Shown: positions 12,766 to 26,600 of the stretch, piece after piece
How positions within the stretch are numbered: the stretch's first letter is position 1
Layout of the letters: every line of letters starts with the position of its first letter
DNA from: Eledone cirrhosa
Lineage: Eukaryota
Assembly (NCBI GenBank): GCA_964016885.1
Contig: OZ024753.1
Location: 26,784,001 to 26,848,000, forward strand
DNA length: 64,000 nucleotides
Direction of reading: 5' to 3'
Program-made: the position numbers and the translations under genes
The notes under the pieces: model-generated
What the model saw: only the letters and a program-made list of their open reading frames with translations
Told to the model about the DNA's origin: nothing
Databases searched by the model: none

Positions 12766-13680
12766 GAAAAACACAGAATGTAAACAATATAGGTTTAGCG
12801 CACTTGATTACGATAGAAATAAAATGTCTGTTTGTTTGTGTATTTTGTTTCCGTTTTCCTAAATGTTGTGTGTGTACAGAAGAGTCTGAATTACATTACA
12901 TGTAAACAAATAAATATGCTGCGTAAGTTAAATGAAACGTACTGTAGAAGGCAGTTGTTTATTAACAGCGAAATAAGGTTTTTTTTTTTTTTTAGCCATC
13001 TCTGTGTAAATATAGAAGTGTATATTGCTATAGTTCTCTAGCCAGCTCTGTGTAAATATTGAAGTGTATATTGCTATAGTACTCTAGCCACCTCTGTGTA
13101 AATATAGAAGTGTATATAACTATAGTTCTCTAGCTATCTCTATGTAAATATAGAAGTGTATATTACTATAGTTCTATCTAAGTGTATATTACTATAACTA
13201 TCTCTGTGTAAATATAGAAGTGTATATTACTATAGTTCTCTAGCCACCTCTGTGTAAATATAGAAGTGTATATTACTATAGTTCTCTAGCCACCTCTGTA
13301 GATATAGAAGTGTATATTACTATAGTTCTCTAGCCATCTCTGTGTAAATATAGAAGTGTATATAACTATAGTTCTCTAGCTATCTCTATGTAAATATAGA
13401 AGTGTATATTACTATAGTTCTATCTAAGTGTATATTACTATAACTATCTCTGTGTAAATATAGAAGTGTATATTACTATAGTTCTCTAGCCACCTCTGTG
13501 TAAATATAGAAGTGTATATTACTATAGTTCTCTAGCCACCTCTGTAGATATAGAAGTGTATATTACTATAGTTCTCTAGCCATCTCTGTGTAAATATAGA
13601 AGTGTATATAACTATAGTTCTCTAGCCACCTCTGTAGATATAGAAGTGTATATTACTATAGTTCTCTAGCTATCTCTGTG

Positions 13681-15686
13681 TGTAGCGGTTGTCTCCCTTG
13701 TTTTGATTAGGATCTAGACGGGAAGTGGAACCCTTTCTGCAACTTCCGGTCAGAGCCCTATAAAACTAACAACTTTGGGCTTCCTCTCTCTCTTTGCCTT
13801 TTCGGCACCAGGTCAAGAGTCTTCTCATTTGGCTCTGCCATTAATTTGGCCAACAGGCGCCTGGCTAAGGCCAGGCGCCCTCTGCCAGTCGCATTTGCCT
13901 GGCAATCAAAACGGTAACTACTAACTTTGTTTCATTCTAACATCTATCTTTGACATGTCAAGTATTCTATCTACCGTTAATTAAATATTATATACACAAA
14001 CACCACTCGTTTTGTTACATTCATTCAACCAGTAATCACGCTATATTGGTAACCCTGACGTGATACGAACACGCAGCCGTTCATCGCTATAAGTGGTCAC
14101 CCCCAAAAAAAGAAAAAAATAGCACATCTGGTTTTGTGAGTAACATTACGAATACACAGCAAATTTAGCGACAAACTATGAAAATACTCAAGGACACGCA
14201 CACACGCACATGTGGAATTCGCACAGACATACTTTTTCTCTCACGCATCAATTAACTGTCGCATTTCACCAATATATATATATATGTTTCTCGTTTCTTA
14301 CAACGAACACTTTCAAAACAAAAAAAAAACATTTCACGATATATATATATATATGTTTCTCGTTTCTTACAACGAACTCTTTCAAAACACAAAAAAAAAA
14401 AAAAAAAGTTCTAGTTTTTTGTTTTTTTCCAAAGTTCACACCTATAATTATGCTGATTGAAGCCTTTCTTTTTCATCATGGTCACTTTCAAAATTGCACT
14501 ATCATTTTCTCGCGCGTTAGAAATATTTTTTTTCAACCTTGTATTGGCACGTGTAGGCAGCATAAATTCTCGATTCACTGAGATGTCTCTTACTCACAGA
14601 CAGCCGCACGCCAGAGATAGCATTTCTCCCCCAAGGATTCTTCAGCCTTAAGCTATATTCTTCTATTTGCCGGTTTATAAGTTTACAATGTAAATTTACC
14701 GTTGATAACCGCGCATTTATTAAGAATGCTTATTTCTCTGGTCGCTGGCCTCTTGACCCTTCCAGGTCAACGCATTCTCAACATCGACCATCAACTTCGG
14801 CTGCTATTTCTAGCACTTTGCGCAACTCATTTTTTTTCTAAAAAAAAAATTTTTTACTGTGAATTTAAACACCGAATACGCTCACTCAGCGAGACAACAG
14901 CAGCAGCAACAGCAATACAGCTTCACCAAAGCCAGAGAATTCATTTTTGCAGCACTCTTCCTGTGAGAAAATCCATTCGGAGGTTGGAAATTTCACGATG
15001 TACCACAGAACAGAAACCACCTGCATTCATTCTCTGGAGCACACTTTCTTTCCAGCTGTCATGTGATTGCACACCTGTGAACTATATTTTGAACTTTGAG
15101 CTCTTCTATTACTTTTACTTTATTACATTGTATCTTTGGGTGATGGATAGATGGATGTCCAGTCGTTCTCTGGCCAAGAGCGGTTGGCTACCTTGATATC
15201 TATCATTGATTTTTCCAAACATTCTTTTGTCGTAATTTTCATGCCTGTTACAACATTCTCGCCAACTTGCTACATATTTTCATTTCGATTTTTATACACT
15301 AAAATTCTGGCGGGAGGTTATGTAGCGGTTGTCTCCCTTGTTTTGATTAGGATCTAGACGGGAAGTGGAACCCTTTCTGCAACTTCCGGTCAGAGCCCTA
15401 TAAAACTAACAACTTTGGGCTTCCTCTCTCTCTTTGCCTTTTCGGCACCAGGTCAAGAGTCTTCTCATTTGGCTCTGCCATTAATTTGGCCAACAGGCGC
15501 CTGGCTAAGGCCAGGCGCCCTCTGCCAGTCGCATTTGCCTGGCAATCAAAACGGTAACTACTAACTTTGTTTCATTCTAACATCTATCTTTGACATGTCA
15601 AGTATTCTATCTACCGTTAATTAAATATTATATACACAAACATTGTCTCGTTTTGTTACATTCAAACAACCAGTAATCCCGCTATA
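13681..15686 (+). mobile_element. Non-autonomous LTR retrotransposon (TRIM/LARD-like); LTRs 13681-14045 and 15321-15686
   Basis: ~365-bp direct repeats TGTAGCG...CGCTATA; PBS at 14047; purine tract GGCGGGAGG just before 15321; no gag/pol motifs in the interior. Confidence 0.92.
14047..14078 (+). promoter_or_regulatory. Primer-binding site complementary to the 3' end of tRNA-Trp
   Basis: TGGTAACCCTGACGTGATACGAACACGCAGCC versus the reverse complement of the metazoan tRNA-Trp 3' end as I recall it (TGGTGACCCCGACGTGATTCGAACACGCAGCC). Confidence 0.85.
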
Positions 15687-15750
15687 GTTCTCTAGCTATC
15701 TCTGTGTAAATATAGAAGTGTATATTACTATAGTTCTATCTAAGTGTATA

Positions 15751-15875
15751 TTACGCAGCATATTTATTTGTTTACATTACATGTAAACAAATAAATATGC
15801 TGCGTAAGTTAAATGAAACGTACTGTAGAAGGCAGTTGTTTATTAACAGCGAAATAAGGTTTTTTTTTTTTTTTT
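15751..15875. repeat. Foldback insert: 27-bp perfect hairpin plus a copy of the CR1 5' terminus; repeated at 17201-17324 and 17792-17916
   Basis: TTACGCAGCATATTTATTTGTTTACAT-tac-ATGTAAACAAATAAATATGCTGCGTAA followed by the sequence of 12927-12993. Confidence 0.93.
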
Positions 15876-18800
15876 AGCCATCTCTGTGTAAATATAGAAG
15901 TGTATATTGCTATAGTTCTCTAGCCAGCTCTGTGTAAATATTGAAGTGTATATTGCTATAGTACTCTAGCCACCTCTGTGTAAATATAGAAGTGTATATA
16001 ACTATAGTTCTCTAGCTATCTCTATGTAAATATAGAAGTGTATATAACTATAGTTCTCTAGCCACCTCTGTGTAGATATAGAAGTGTATATTACTATAGT
16101 TCTCTAGCCAGCTCTGTGTAAATATAGAAGTGTATATTACTATAGTTCTCTAGCGACCTCTGTGTAAATATAGAAGTGTATATTACTATAGTTTTCTAGC
16201 AATCTCTGTGTAAATATAGAAGTGTATATTACTATAGTTCTCTAGCTATCTCTGTGTAAATATAGAAGTGTATATTACTATAGTTCTCTAGCTATCTCTG
16301 TGTAAATATAGAAGTTTATATTACTATAATTCTCTAGCTATCTGTGTAAATATAGAAGTGTATATTACTATAGTTCTCTAACCAGCTCTGTGTAAATATA
16401 GAAGTGTATATAACTATAGTTCTCTAGCCATCTCTATATAAATATAGAAGTGTATATTACTATAGTTCTCTAGCTATCTCTGTGTAAATATAGAAGTGTA
16501 TATTACTATAGTTCTCTAGCCATCTCTGTGTAGATATAGAAGTGTATATAACTATAGTTCTCTAGCTATCTCTATGTAAATATAGAAGTGTATATTACTA
16601 TAGTTCTCTAGCTATCTCTGTGTAAATTACTATAGTTCTCTAGCCATCTCTGTGTAAATATAGAAGTGTATATTACTATAGTTCTCTAGCTATCTCTATG
16701 TAAATATAGAAGTGTATATGACTATAGTTCTCTAGCTATGTCTGTGTAAATATAGAAGTGTATATTACTATAGTTCTATAACTATCTCTGTGTAAATATA
16801 GAAGTTTATATTACTATAGTTCTCTAGCTATCTCTGTGTAAATATAGAAGTGTATATTACCATAGTTCTCTAGCTATCTCTATGTAAATATAGAAATGTA
16901 TATTACTATAGTTCTATAACCATCTCTGTGTAAATATAGAAGTGTATATTACTATAGTTCTCTAGCCACCTCTGTGTAAATATAGAAGTGTATATTACTA
17001 TAGTTCTCTAGCCACCTCTGTAGATATAGAAGTGTATATTACTATAGTTCTCTAGCCATCTCTGTGTAAAGATAGAAGTGTATATAACTATAGTTCTCTA
17101 GCCACCTCTGTAGATATAGAAGTGTATATTACTATAGTTCTCTAGCTATCTCTGTGTAAATATAGAAGTGTATATTACTATAGTTCTATCTAAGTGTATA
17201 TTACGCAGCATATTTATTTGTTTACATTACATGTAAACAAATAAATATGCTGCGTAAGTTAAATGAAACGTACTGTAGAAGGCAGTTGTTTATTAACAGC
17301 GAAATAAGGTTTTTTTTTTTTTTTAGCCATCTCTGTGTAAATATAGAAGTGTATATTGCTATAGTTCTCTAGCCAGCTCTGTGTAAATATTGAAGTGTAT
17401 ATTGCTATAGTTCTCTAGCTATCTCTGTGTAAATATAGAAGTGTATATTACCATAGTTCTCTAGCTATCTCTATGTAAATATAGAAATGTATATTACTAT
17501 AGTTCTATAACTATCTCTGTGTAAATATAGAAGTGTATATTACTATAGTTCTCTAGCCACCTCTGTGTAAATATAGAAGTGTATATTACTATAGTTCTCT
17601 AGCCACCTCTGTAGATATAGAAGTGTATATTACTATAGTTCTCTAGCCATCTCTGTGTAAATATAGAAGTGTATATAACTATAGTTCTCTAGCCACCTCT
17701 GTAGATATAGAAGTGTATATTACTATAGTTCTCTAGCTATCTCTGTGTAAATATAGAAGTGTATATTACTATAGTTCTATCTAAGTGTATATTACGCAGC
17801 ATATTTATTTGTTTACATTACATGTAAACAAATAAATATGCTGCGTAAGTTAAATGAAACGTACTGTAGAAGGCAGTTGTTTATTAACAGCGAAATAAGG
17901 TTTTTTTTTTTTTTTTAGCCATCTCTGTGTAAATATAGAAGTGTATATTGCTATAGTTCTCTAGCCAGCTCTGTGTAAATATTGAAGTGTATATTGCTAT
18001 AGTTTTCTAGCTATCTCTGTGTAAATATAGAAGTGTATATTACTATAGTTCTCTAGCCACCTCTGTGTAAATATAGAAGTGTATATTACTATAGTTCTCT
18101 ACCTATCTCTCGGTAAATATAGAAGTGTATATTACTATAGTTCTCTAGCCACCTCTGTGTAGATATAGAAGTGTATATTAATATAGTTCTCTAGCCACCT
18201 CTGTGTAAATATAGAAGTGTATATAACTATAGTTCTCTAGCTATCTCTATGTAAATATAGAAGTGTATATAACTATAGTTCTCTAGCCACCTCTGTGTAG
18301 ATATAGAAGTGTATATTACTATAGTTCTCTAACCACCTCTGTAAATATAGAAGTGTATATTACTATAGTTCTCTAACCAGCTCTGTGTAAATATAGAAGT
18401 GTATATTACTATAGTTCTTTAGCTATCTGTGTGTAAATATAGAAGTGTATATTACTATAGTTCTGTGTAAATATAGAAGTGTATATTACTATAGTTCTCT
18501 AACCAGCTCTGTGTAAATATAGAAGTCTATATTACTATAGTACTCTAGCCACCTCTGTAAATATAGAAGTGTATATTACTATAGTTCTCTAGCCATCTCT
18601 ATATAAATATAGAAGTGTATATAACTATAGTTCTTTAGCCAGCTCTGTGTAAATATAGAAGTGTATATTACTATAGTTCTCTAGCCATCTCTGTGTAAAT
18701 ATAGAAGTGTATATTACTATAGTTCTCTAGCTATCTCTGTGTAAATATAGAAGTGTATATAACTATAGTTCTCTAGCCATCTCTATATAAATATAGAAGT

Positions 18801-20726
18801 GTATATAACTATAGTTCTTTAGCCAGCTCTGTGTAAATATAGAAGTGTATATTACTATAGTTCTCTAGCCATCTCTGTGTAAATATAGAAGTGTATATTA
18901 CTATAGTTCTCTAGCTATCTCTGTGTAAATATAGAAGTATATGTTACTATAGTTCTCTAGCTATCTCTGTGTAAATATAGAAGTGTATATTACTATAGTT
19001 CTATAGCTATCTCTGTGTAAATATAGAAGTGTATATAACTATAGTTCTCTAGCCATCTCTGTGTAAATATAGAAGTGTATATTACTATAGTTCTCTAGCC
19101 ATCTCTGTGTAAATATAGAAGTGTATATTACTATAGTTCTCTAGCCATCTCTGTGTAAATATAGAAGTGTATATTACTATAGTTCTCTAGCCACCTCTGT
19201 GTAAATATAGAAGTGTATATTACTATAGTTCTCTAGCCATCTCTGTGTAAATATAGATGTGTATATTACTATAGTTCTCTAGCTATCTCTGTGTAAATAT
19301 AGAAGTGTATATTACTATAGTTCTCTAGCCATCTCTGTGTAAATATAGAAGTGTATATTACTATAGTTCTCTAGCCATCTCTGTATTAATATAGAAGTGT
19401 ATATTACTATAGTTCCTAGCTATCTCTGTGTAAATATAGAAGTGTATATTACTATAGTTCTATAACTATCTCTGTGTAAATATAGAAGTGTATATGACTA
19501 TAGTTCTCTAGCCATCTCTGTGTAAATATAGAAGTGTATATTACTATAGTTCCTAGCTATCTCTGTGTATATTACTATAGTTCTCTAGCTACCTCTGTGT
19601 AAATATAGAACTGTATATTACTATAGGTCTTTAGCCATCTCTGTAAATATAGAAGTGTATATTACTATAGTCCTCTACCTATCTCTGTGTAAATATAGAA
19701 GTGTATATTACTATAGTTCTCTAGCCATCTCTGTGTAAATATTGAAGTGTATATTACTATAGTTTTCTAGCTATCTCTGTGTAAATATAGAAGTGTATAT
19801 TACTATAGTTCTATAACTATCTCTGTGTAAATATAGAAGTGTATATGACTATAGTTCTCTAGCTATCTCTGTGTAAATATAGAAGTGTATATTACCATAG
19901 TTCTCTAGCTATCTCTATGTAAATATAGAAATGTATATTACTATAGTTCTATAACTATCTCTATGTAAATATAGAAGAGTATATTACTATAGTTCTCTAG
20001 CCACCTCTGTGTAAATATAGAAGTGTATATTACTATAGTTTTCTAGCTATCTCTGTGTAAATATAGAAGTGTATATTACTATAGTTCTCTAGCTATCGCT
20101 GTGTAAATATAGAAGTGTATATTACTATAGAACTCTAGCCACCTCTGTGTAAATATAGAAGTGTATATTACTATAGTTCCTAGCTATCTCTGTGTAAATT
20201 ACTATAGTTCTCTAGCTATCTCTATGTAAATATAGAAGTGTATATTTCTATAGTTCTCTAGCTATCTCTATGTAAATATAGAAGTGTATATTACTATAGT
20301 TCTCTAGCTATCTCTGTGTATATTACTATAGTTCTCTAGCTACCTCTGTGTAAATATAGAACTGTATATTACTATAGGTCTTTAGCCATCTCTGTAAATA
20401 TAGAAGTGTATATTACTATAGTCCTCTACCTATCTCTGTGTAAATATAGAAGTGTATATTACTATAGTTCTCTAGCCATCTCTGCGTAAATATAGAAGTG
20501 TATATTACTATAGTTCTCTAGCTATCTCTGTGTAAATTACTATAGTTCTCTAGCCATCTCTGTGGAAATATAGAAGTGTATATAACTATAGTTCTCTACC
20601 TATCTCTGTGTAAATATAGAAGTGTATATTACTATAGTTCTCTAGCCATCTCTGTGTAAATATAGAAGTGTATATTACTATAGTTCTCTAGCTATCTGTG
20701 TAAATATAGAAGTGTATATTACTATA

Positions 20727-21450
20727 CACACTTGGAATTCACATCATCAGTCTGGAACCCCTATCTTGCTCAGAACATTGACCTCCTGGAAACTGTTCAG
20801 AGACGTGCAACCAAGCGCATACCCTCCATCAGACACCTACCATACTCTGAACGCCTTGCTTCCCTGGGCATGGATTCATTGAAGCTCCGACGTCTGGCAA
20901 TGGACTTGGTGAATACCCACAAAGTTTTTAACCATCTCGCCAATTGCAACCCTGAGCGCCTCTTTGATCTCCATGTGTCTAACACACGTGGACATGCCTA
21001 CAAGATCAGAAAACAGCACAGCTCCCATGACTTTCGTAGGCATTTTTTCACGCTCAGAGTTGCTGAAGCATGGAACAAACTGCCTGCGTCAGTTGTTAGC
21101 TGCCGAGACACTGCATCCTTTAAGACACTCATGCTTCCCGAAATACGCCAAAACTACACCTGATGTACCCCTTCCATACACATGCACACGTGTGTATCAT
21201 GACTCGTGCACTGTTCATTTTACTGATGTTTGTGCATTGCCCTATGTACTGTACATGCACTTTTTTGATGAGTTGTGGTGCACCTGGGCACTGTACACAA
21301 TATTTCATTATTGTTATTATTATTATATCATGACTCATACACTGTTCATTTTCCTGACATTTGTACATTATTCTATGTACTATACATGCACCTTTGATGA
21401 GTTGTAGTGCACCTGAGCACTGTACACAATAATTTCATTATTATTATTAT
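20727..21450 (+). mobile_element. 5'-truncated CR1 copy (RT C-terminus + 3' UTR) in the satellite
   Basis: Near-identical reverse complement of ~8304-9025; ORF 20732..21163; (ATT)n tail. Confidence 0.93.
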
Positions 21451-21606
21451 AGTTCTCTAGCTATCGCTGTGTAAATATAGAAGTGTATATTACTATAGTT
21501 CTCTAGCTATCTCTGTGTAAATATAGAAGTGTATATTACTATAGTTCTCTCGCTATCTCTGTGTAAATATAGAAGTGGATATTACTATAGTTCTCTAGCT
21601 ATCTCT

Positions 21607-21671
21607 CGGAAAGCGGTGTCGGCCTACGCCGATGACGTGACAGTAATGGTGTTGACGGCCTCCGAAATCGG
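21607..21671 (+). mobile_element. 65-bp Tx1 RT fragment (encodes RKAVSAYADDVTVMV) inside the satellite
   Basis: Matches 1587-1651. Confidence 0.9.
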
Positions 21672-21926
21672 CCTCTGTGTAAATATAGAAGTGTATATAA
21701 CTATAGTTCTCTTGCTGGGGATGGACACACGCGTATAACTTGCTGAGTAAGTTCTGTTTAAATTTCTATAGAAATTCTTGTCTGTAAACTTTAATTTTTG
21801 TACCATTTTGTAGAGGGACTGCCAGGTCAAACTTTGATCTGGTCAATCTCTCAAAATATTCTACGCCTTTAGGCGAAATAGTTAAACAAAAAGGGTTTTT
21901 TTGTTGAAAAGTTAACATTTTTTTAA

Positions 21927-23619
21927 ATGGCTGAAACTTCTTCACCAAAATTCGAAGGAGGAAAGGGGAAGATAAGCTTACAGCTTCCCCCTGCCACTGT
22001 CACAGTAGCAGAGGTCAAAAACAAAGGTCAGCCAGAGGAAGGATTTTCTCCACTTGCTGACCGACAACTTGACGTTGCCATGGCAACAAACCAAAGAACC
22101 AGTGGCACCAGCAATAACAACAACAACAACAATGCTATGGACGAAAACAACACCAATAACAATACCAACAACAACAAGACCAATAACTGTGATAACAACA
22201 ACAGCAACACAAACAAGGAAAAAGTCTCCTTCGCCCAGACGGCAAGGAAAACCCTAGACTATCTGCCAGTAGATATAACCAAAGCGAAGGAGCTACTAGC
22301 AGAGGCAAAAAAATACATAATGTATGGGGAGAATGGTGCGTTTTCGACCCCCCCCCCCCCCCGGAGCTAAAAAGCAAGAGACTCCTAAACACTGTCATGT
22401 TTAGGACAATCTCAAATAAAAGCAAAAAACCAGCTCAACCATCACAGAGTGAGATAGAGCTGGTTTTAAAGGACGTCATGAGCGACGTCACATTCATCCA
22501 GAAGGATAGACTCTACGGGAGTCTATCCATTCTCATGAAGGACAGGGACACAGCAGTGAAACTGTCCATCAAACCAATCACATCCACCGCATACACCTTC
22601 TACCCTACCTACATGGGTAGAAGGACACAAAAAATAAAAATCCACACCATCCTGCCGATTATGGACATATGGTGGGTTTTGACAGGTTTCCTGAACCTGG
22701 ATGATGACATGCTGGTGTCCATGGGAAAGGCATCGGGTGACGCGTTCAGTGGAACGAGCCTCGAACTTGTAGTTCAAATGAGGCCCGAAAGGATCGCCCA
22801 GATCCCTGAACGCGTCATACTGGATGATCGAACTTTCATCAACATTACTGTTGAGGGTAGGCGGCCCTCATGTTACCTCTGTGGAACCAGAGGTCACCTG
22901 AGGGCTGTCTGTCCCCAACTTGATAAGAAAACCCCAATCCTGCCTACACCACCAACAACTGCACAACCAACACAATCACCACAACTACCACTACAAAAAC
23001 AACAACCACAGCTCAAACCAAAACAAAACAATGTCCAACACATCCCCCCCACTAAAAAAAAAACAATTTGAAAAACACCCGCACTGCAAACACAACCCGA
23101 AAATATACCCCTCCCCTCCAACGCGGAAGATGACCCTAGTTTGTCGTCAGACGAGGAGGAGCACTTCCACACAATCAAAAGAAAAAAAAGAGCTCACAAC
23201 AACAGCAAACAAAAAACACCACACAAAAACAAAAACATGCATACACATACATAAACACAAGAAACAAAAAACTGTTAAACATTGTGTACAACAACAATTT
23301 AATAAAAACCCAAGGGCCTAACTTCACCCAGGCAGGGGATTTCCTCCACCTCAAAATGATTAAGGCCCCACAGGACACTTATAAAACTTGAAAAAACAAC
23401 TTTAAAGAGGACGTGGGTCCCTCCTGCGTCAGGCACATTAACCGCGTCCTCCTTAAAAACTACCTCACACCCTCCCCAAACACCCACACAACTCCAAACA
23501 CCCCAACCACACAACACACTGGTGCCCCTACACTTCCACAAACCACCACCCCACCCAACAACCCATCCCCCACCCTCATGGAAATTGAGCAGCCCGATAC
23601 CCGGGATGCAGAGAGGTAA
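21927..23619 (+). pseudogene. Tx1 ORF1 (gag-like, CCHC zinc knuckle), frameshifted
   Basis: ORFs 21927..22370, 22397..23071 and 23413..23619; CX2CX4HX4C at ~22871-22912. Confidence 0.8.
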
Positions 23620-23644
23620 GTGCCTTTTCTCTTCACCACCAACA

Positions 23645-26600
23645 TGGCTATGCTAAGAGTAGGCTGTTTAAATGCGCATGGCCTGGGCTCAACTTGGAAG
23701 CAAGCAATGCTTCTAAATGACCTCAGGTCACAACGTATAGATGTGATGGTTATTTGCGAGGCCCGGATCAGCAACGTGCGACTTTAAGATGCACGCATCT
23801 CTCTGTCAGCCCGGAGGTGGGGATGGGGTTGTCGTTCCGCTGCAAAAACATCTGGGTCTCGCAACACCGTCGGTACATTTGGACCCGGAGGGTTGACTAG
23901 TGGTTTTGGACCTTGGCAGTGGTGAAGGCGGAGCGTTTAGGTTGGTAGCCGCCTACGGCCCTTTCGGGTCAATGCGGCCGGACTTCTTCCATCGTCTGGA
24001 GACTTTTCTAGGGACGTCCCGCTCCTTGCTATTAGTGGGGGACTGGAATGGTATCCTAGATGCACGCTGGGACTACGTAGGGGCCTGTCCCGATAGAGAG
24101 GGGTGTAATAGCCTCAAAGGGTTAATCTGTCGATTTGACCTGGCCGATAGATATCGACTAGATTTTCCGACTGCGCCAACCTGGACTTGGGCAAATCGCA
24201 GCGGATCATCTAGGTCGTACCTAGATAGGTTCTTAGTTAGAAATAAGGATAAGGACTTTTTAAGTTATCCAAAAATGAGCATGGTTGGCTATTCAGACCA
24301 CAAGTTAGTGAGCTGCATGGTCAACCTTGACAGAACGCATAGACAGGGACCCGGTTACTGGAAGCTCAACTTGTCCTTACCGGCAAGTAAGGCTTACAGG
24401 GACCGGATTAGCACTTTAGTTAAGGAGCGGTTGACGGGCGTCATCGTCAACAGCATGTGGTGGGGATCTCTCAAAAGAGAGATTAGAGTAGTCTCTATAG
24501 AATTTAGTAAGGAGTTAGCCTCAAATAGAAATAGGAATGAAAGGGAGCTGGTAGATAGTGTAGAAGAGGCAATTAGAAGCGGCGACGTGTCCAGAGTGCT
24601 AGCGTCGAGAACGGCCCTGAGCCAGTTCTTCGACGCGAAACACGAAGGCTGCATCGTCCGAAGCAAAATACGTGCTCTGGGAAACGAGGGGACCAAAGCT
24701 GTTAGCTGGGCCCGCGTGACAGAAGCCAAAAGAGGGAGCAGATCCACTATCCGGTCTTTGCGAGACCAGGATGGACGGGTGATCCTTGAACCTAAGCAGA
24801 TGTGCGAGGCTTTTCAAAAGCACTTTGCCGGATTGTTCGGAAGGGGCGGGGAGCCGGTTGGGGATGTGGACTTCGGTCCATACCTCGACGGCCTGCCGCG
24901 TCTCTCGGAGAGGGAGGCGAAGTCCTGCGAGGAGCCGATTTCAGCCGCTGAGATAGAGGACATGCTGAGCCCATGCGGCAAACGCAAATCCCCGGGTCTC
25001 GATGGTCTTCCATACGAACTGTATCTAGCTATGCCGGACTTGTTCCCCGATCTCCTCGAGGCGGTCTACTGCAACTGGCAACAGAACGCGAGAATTCCCT
25101 GTGCTGTGACCAAGGGCGTAGTCATACTAGTGAGGAAGGACGAGAACAAGGGGGACGATATAAATAATTTCAGGCCCATTACAGATTTTGGCCAAGGTGC
25201 TAGCAAAGAGGTTGGCGCTTGTTGTGGGCAACCTGGTGGGAGATGCGCAGACATGTGCTATCCCGGCCAGGTCCATCCACGACAACCTCCACCTCATGCG
25301 ATACATCATAGAGAGGGTTAGGAACGAACCCGGCTTTGGTGGGGCCCTGATCAACTTGGATCAATCTAAGGCGTTCGATAGGGTCGACCATGGTTACCTG
25401 GATGCGGTGCTAGCGGCGGCAGGCTTCGGACCCGTTTTCAGGGGCTGGATCAATGCCATGCACAGCAGCCGCATCTGCTCTAGGGTCAAGGTGAACGGCT
25501 ACCTCTCGGAGCTGTTCGAAATCGCGCGGTCCATCCGACAAGGGTGCCCTCTCTCCTCCCTTCTGTATGTGATGACTCTAGAGCCACTGCTGCGGAAGTT
25601 GGAGTTGTTGCAGGGCATCCCATTGGAACCGGGATTGCGGAAAGCGGTTTCGGCCTACGCCGACGATGTAACAGTAATGGTGTCGACGGCCTCGGAAATC
25701 GGGGCGGTCGGCACCTTACTGGAGGAGTACGAAAGGTTTACAGGGGCTAAGCTAAACCGGGACAAGTCGATCGGTCTGCAACTCGGCACGTGGAGGGGCA
25801 GATCAATGCCCTCCAAAGGTGTCGTCGGGCGCTGGACGGAGGGCCCGGTGAAGTTGCTCGGGGTCTGGTTTGGACCAGACCTCCAGGTGGAGAAGAACTG
25901 GGCGGAGGTTACGAACAGGGTGTTTGCACTGACCCAGAAGTGGGCCAGTTGCAAACTATCCCTGAAAGATCGGGCGGAGGTGGCGAACACCTATATAGCG
26001 TCCGTTATCTACTACCACGTGACAGTCGTGCCTTGCCCATGGGAAACCCTCGCCAAGATGGAGCGCACGCTCTTCCAATTCCTTTGGAAGAGGCGGGCTC
26101 CTTTGGTGAGGAGTTCCATCTGCTGTCAACACCCTTCAAAAGGAGGGCTGGGGATGCCGTGGCTAATGATGCATAAACACGCATTAAGGCTACGGCACCT
26201 CCACGTATTCCTCACCGGTCAACCGGTGTGGGCCTCGTTTGTGAGACGAACCTTTCCCAGACTCGTCTCACTCACCGAGCTGCAATCCTGGGTCAAGCAA
26301 AGACTGAGAAAACTGGGCGCCTGCCACACTGAGTGTGCCCAGGCGCTCACCGACCTCTGGCAGGCGGATCCGGTTATCAGTGGAGACTCCACTGCAACAT
26401 TCTATAGAGGGCTGGTATGCAGCAGGTGCAACAACGCCCTCGGAGAAGCCCTAGACATGGATGAAGACGAACTGGCCAGCCTGTTCGGTAGGACATTCAG
26501 CCCGGGACCTATGGACAACTTCCAGAAGTCCCTGGCCTGGCAGTGCTACCGAGGGGCTCTACCCGTTCGAGAAAAGCTCTACAGACACGGGCGCCCGGGT

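Larger units (their letters stand above)
8301..12993 (-). mobile_element. CR1-clade LINE, near full length (ORF1 + APE + RT), inserted antisense in the satellite
   Basis: RT ORF 8593..10371 (YRSVSLTS, YLDFAKAFNSVPH, GVPQGSVLGP, YADDIKLY, FFTLRVAEAWNKLP); APE ORF 10542..11354 (SLNARS, ITVTETW, YRPP, GDFN, LDLIFT, SDH); ORF1 11411..12520; (ATT)n 3' tail at 8304-8317. Confidence 0.93.
12994..21712 (+). repeat. 46-bp satellite array, blocks 2-4 (interrupted by LTR element, hairpin inserts, CR1 fragment and Tx1 fragment)
   Basis: Same monomer as block 1. Confidence 0.97.

Noticed and set aside
14047-14078. tRNA-Trp gene
   Set aside because: Only the 3' ~32 nt including CCA is present, directly after an LTR; it is a PBS.
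14210-15357. ORFs inside the LTR element as gag/env
   Set aside because: Low-complexity, no recognisable retroviral motifs.
3259-21712. CRISPR array
   Set aside because: Monomers are head-to-tail without regular unique spacers, there are no cas genes, and the context is eukaryotic. It is a satellite with sporadic inserts.
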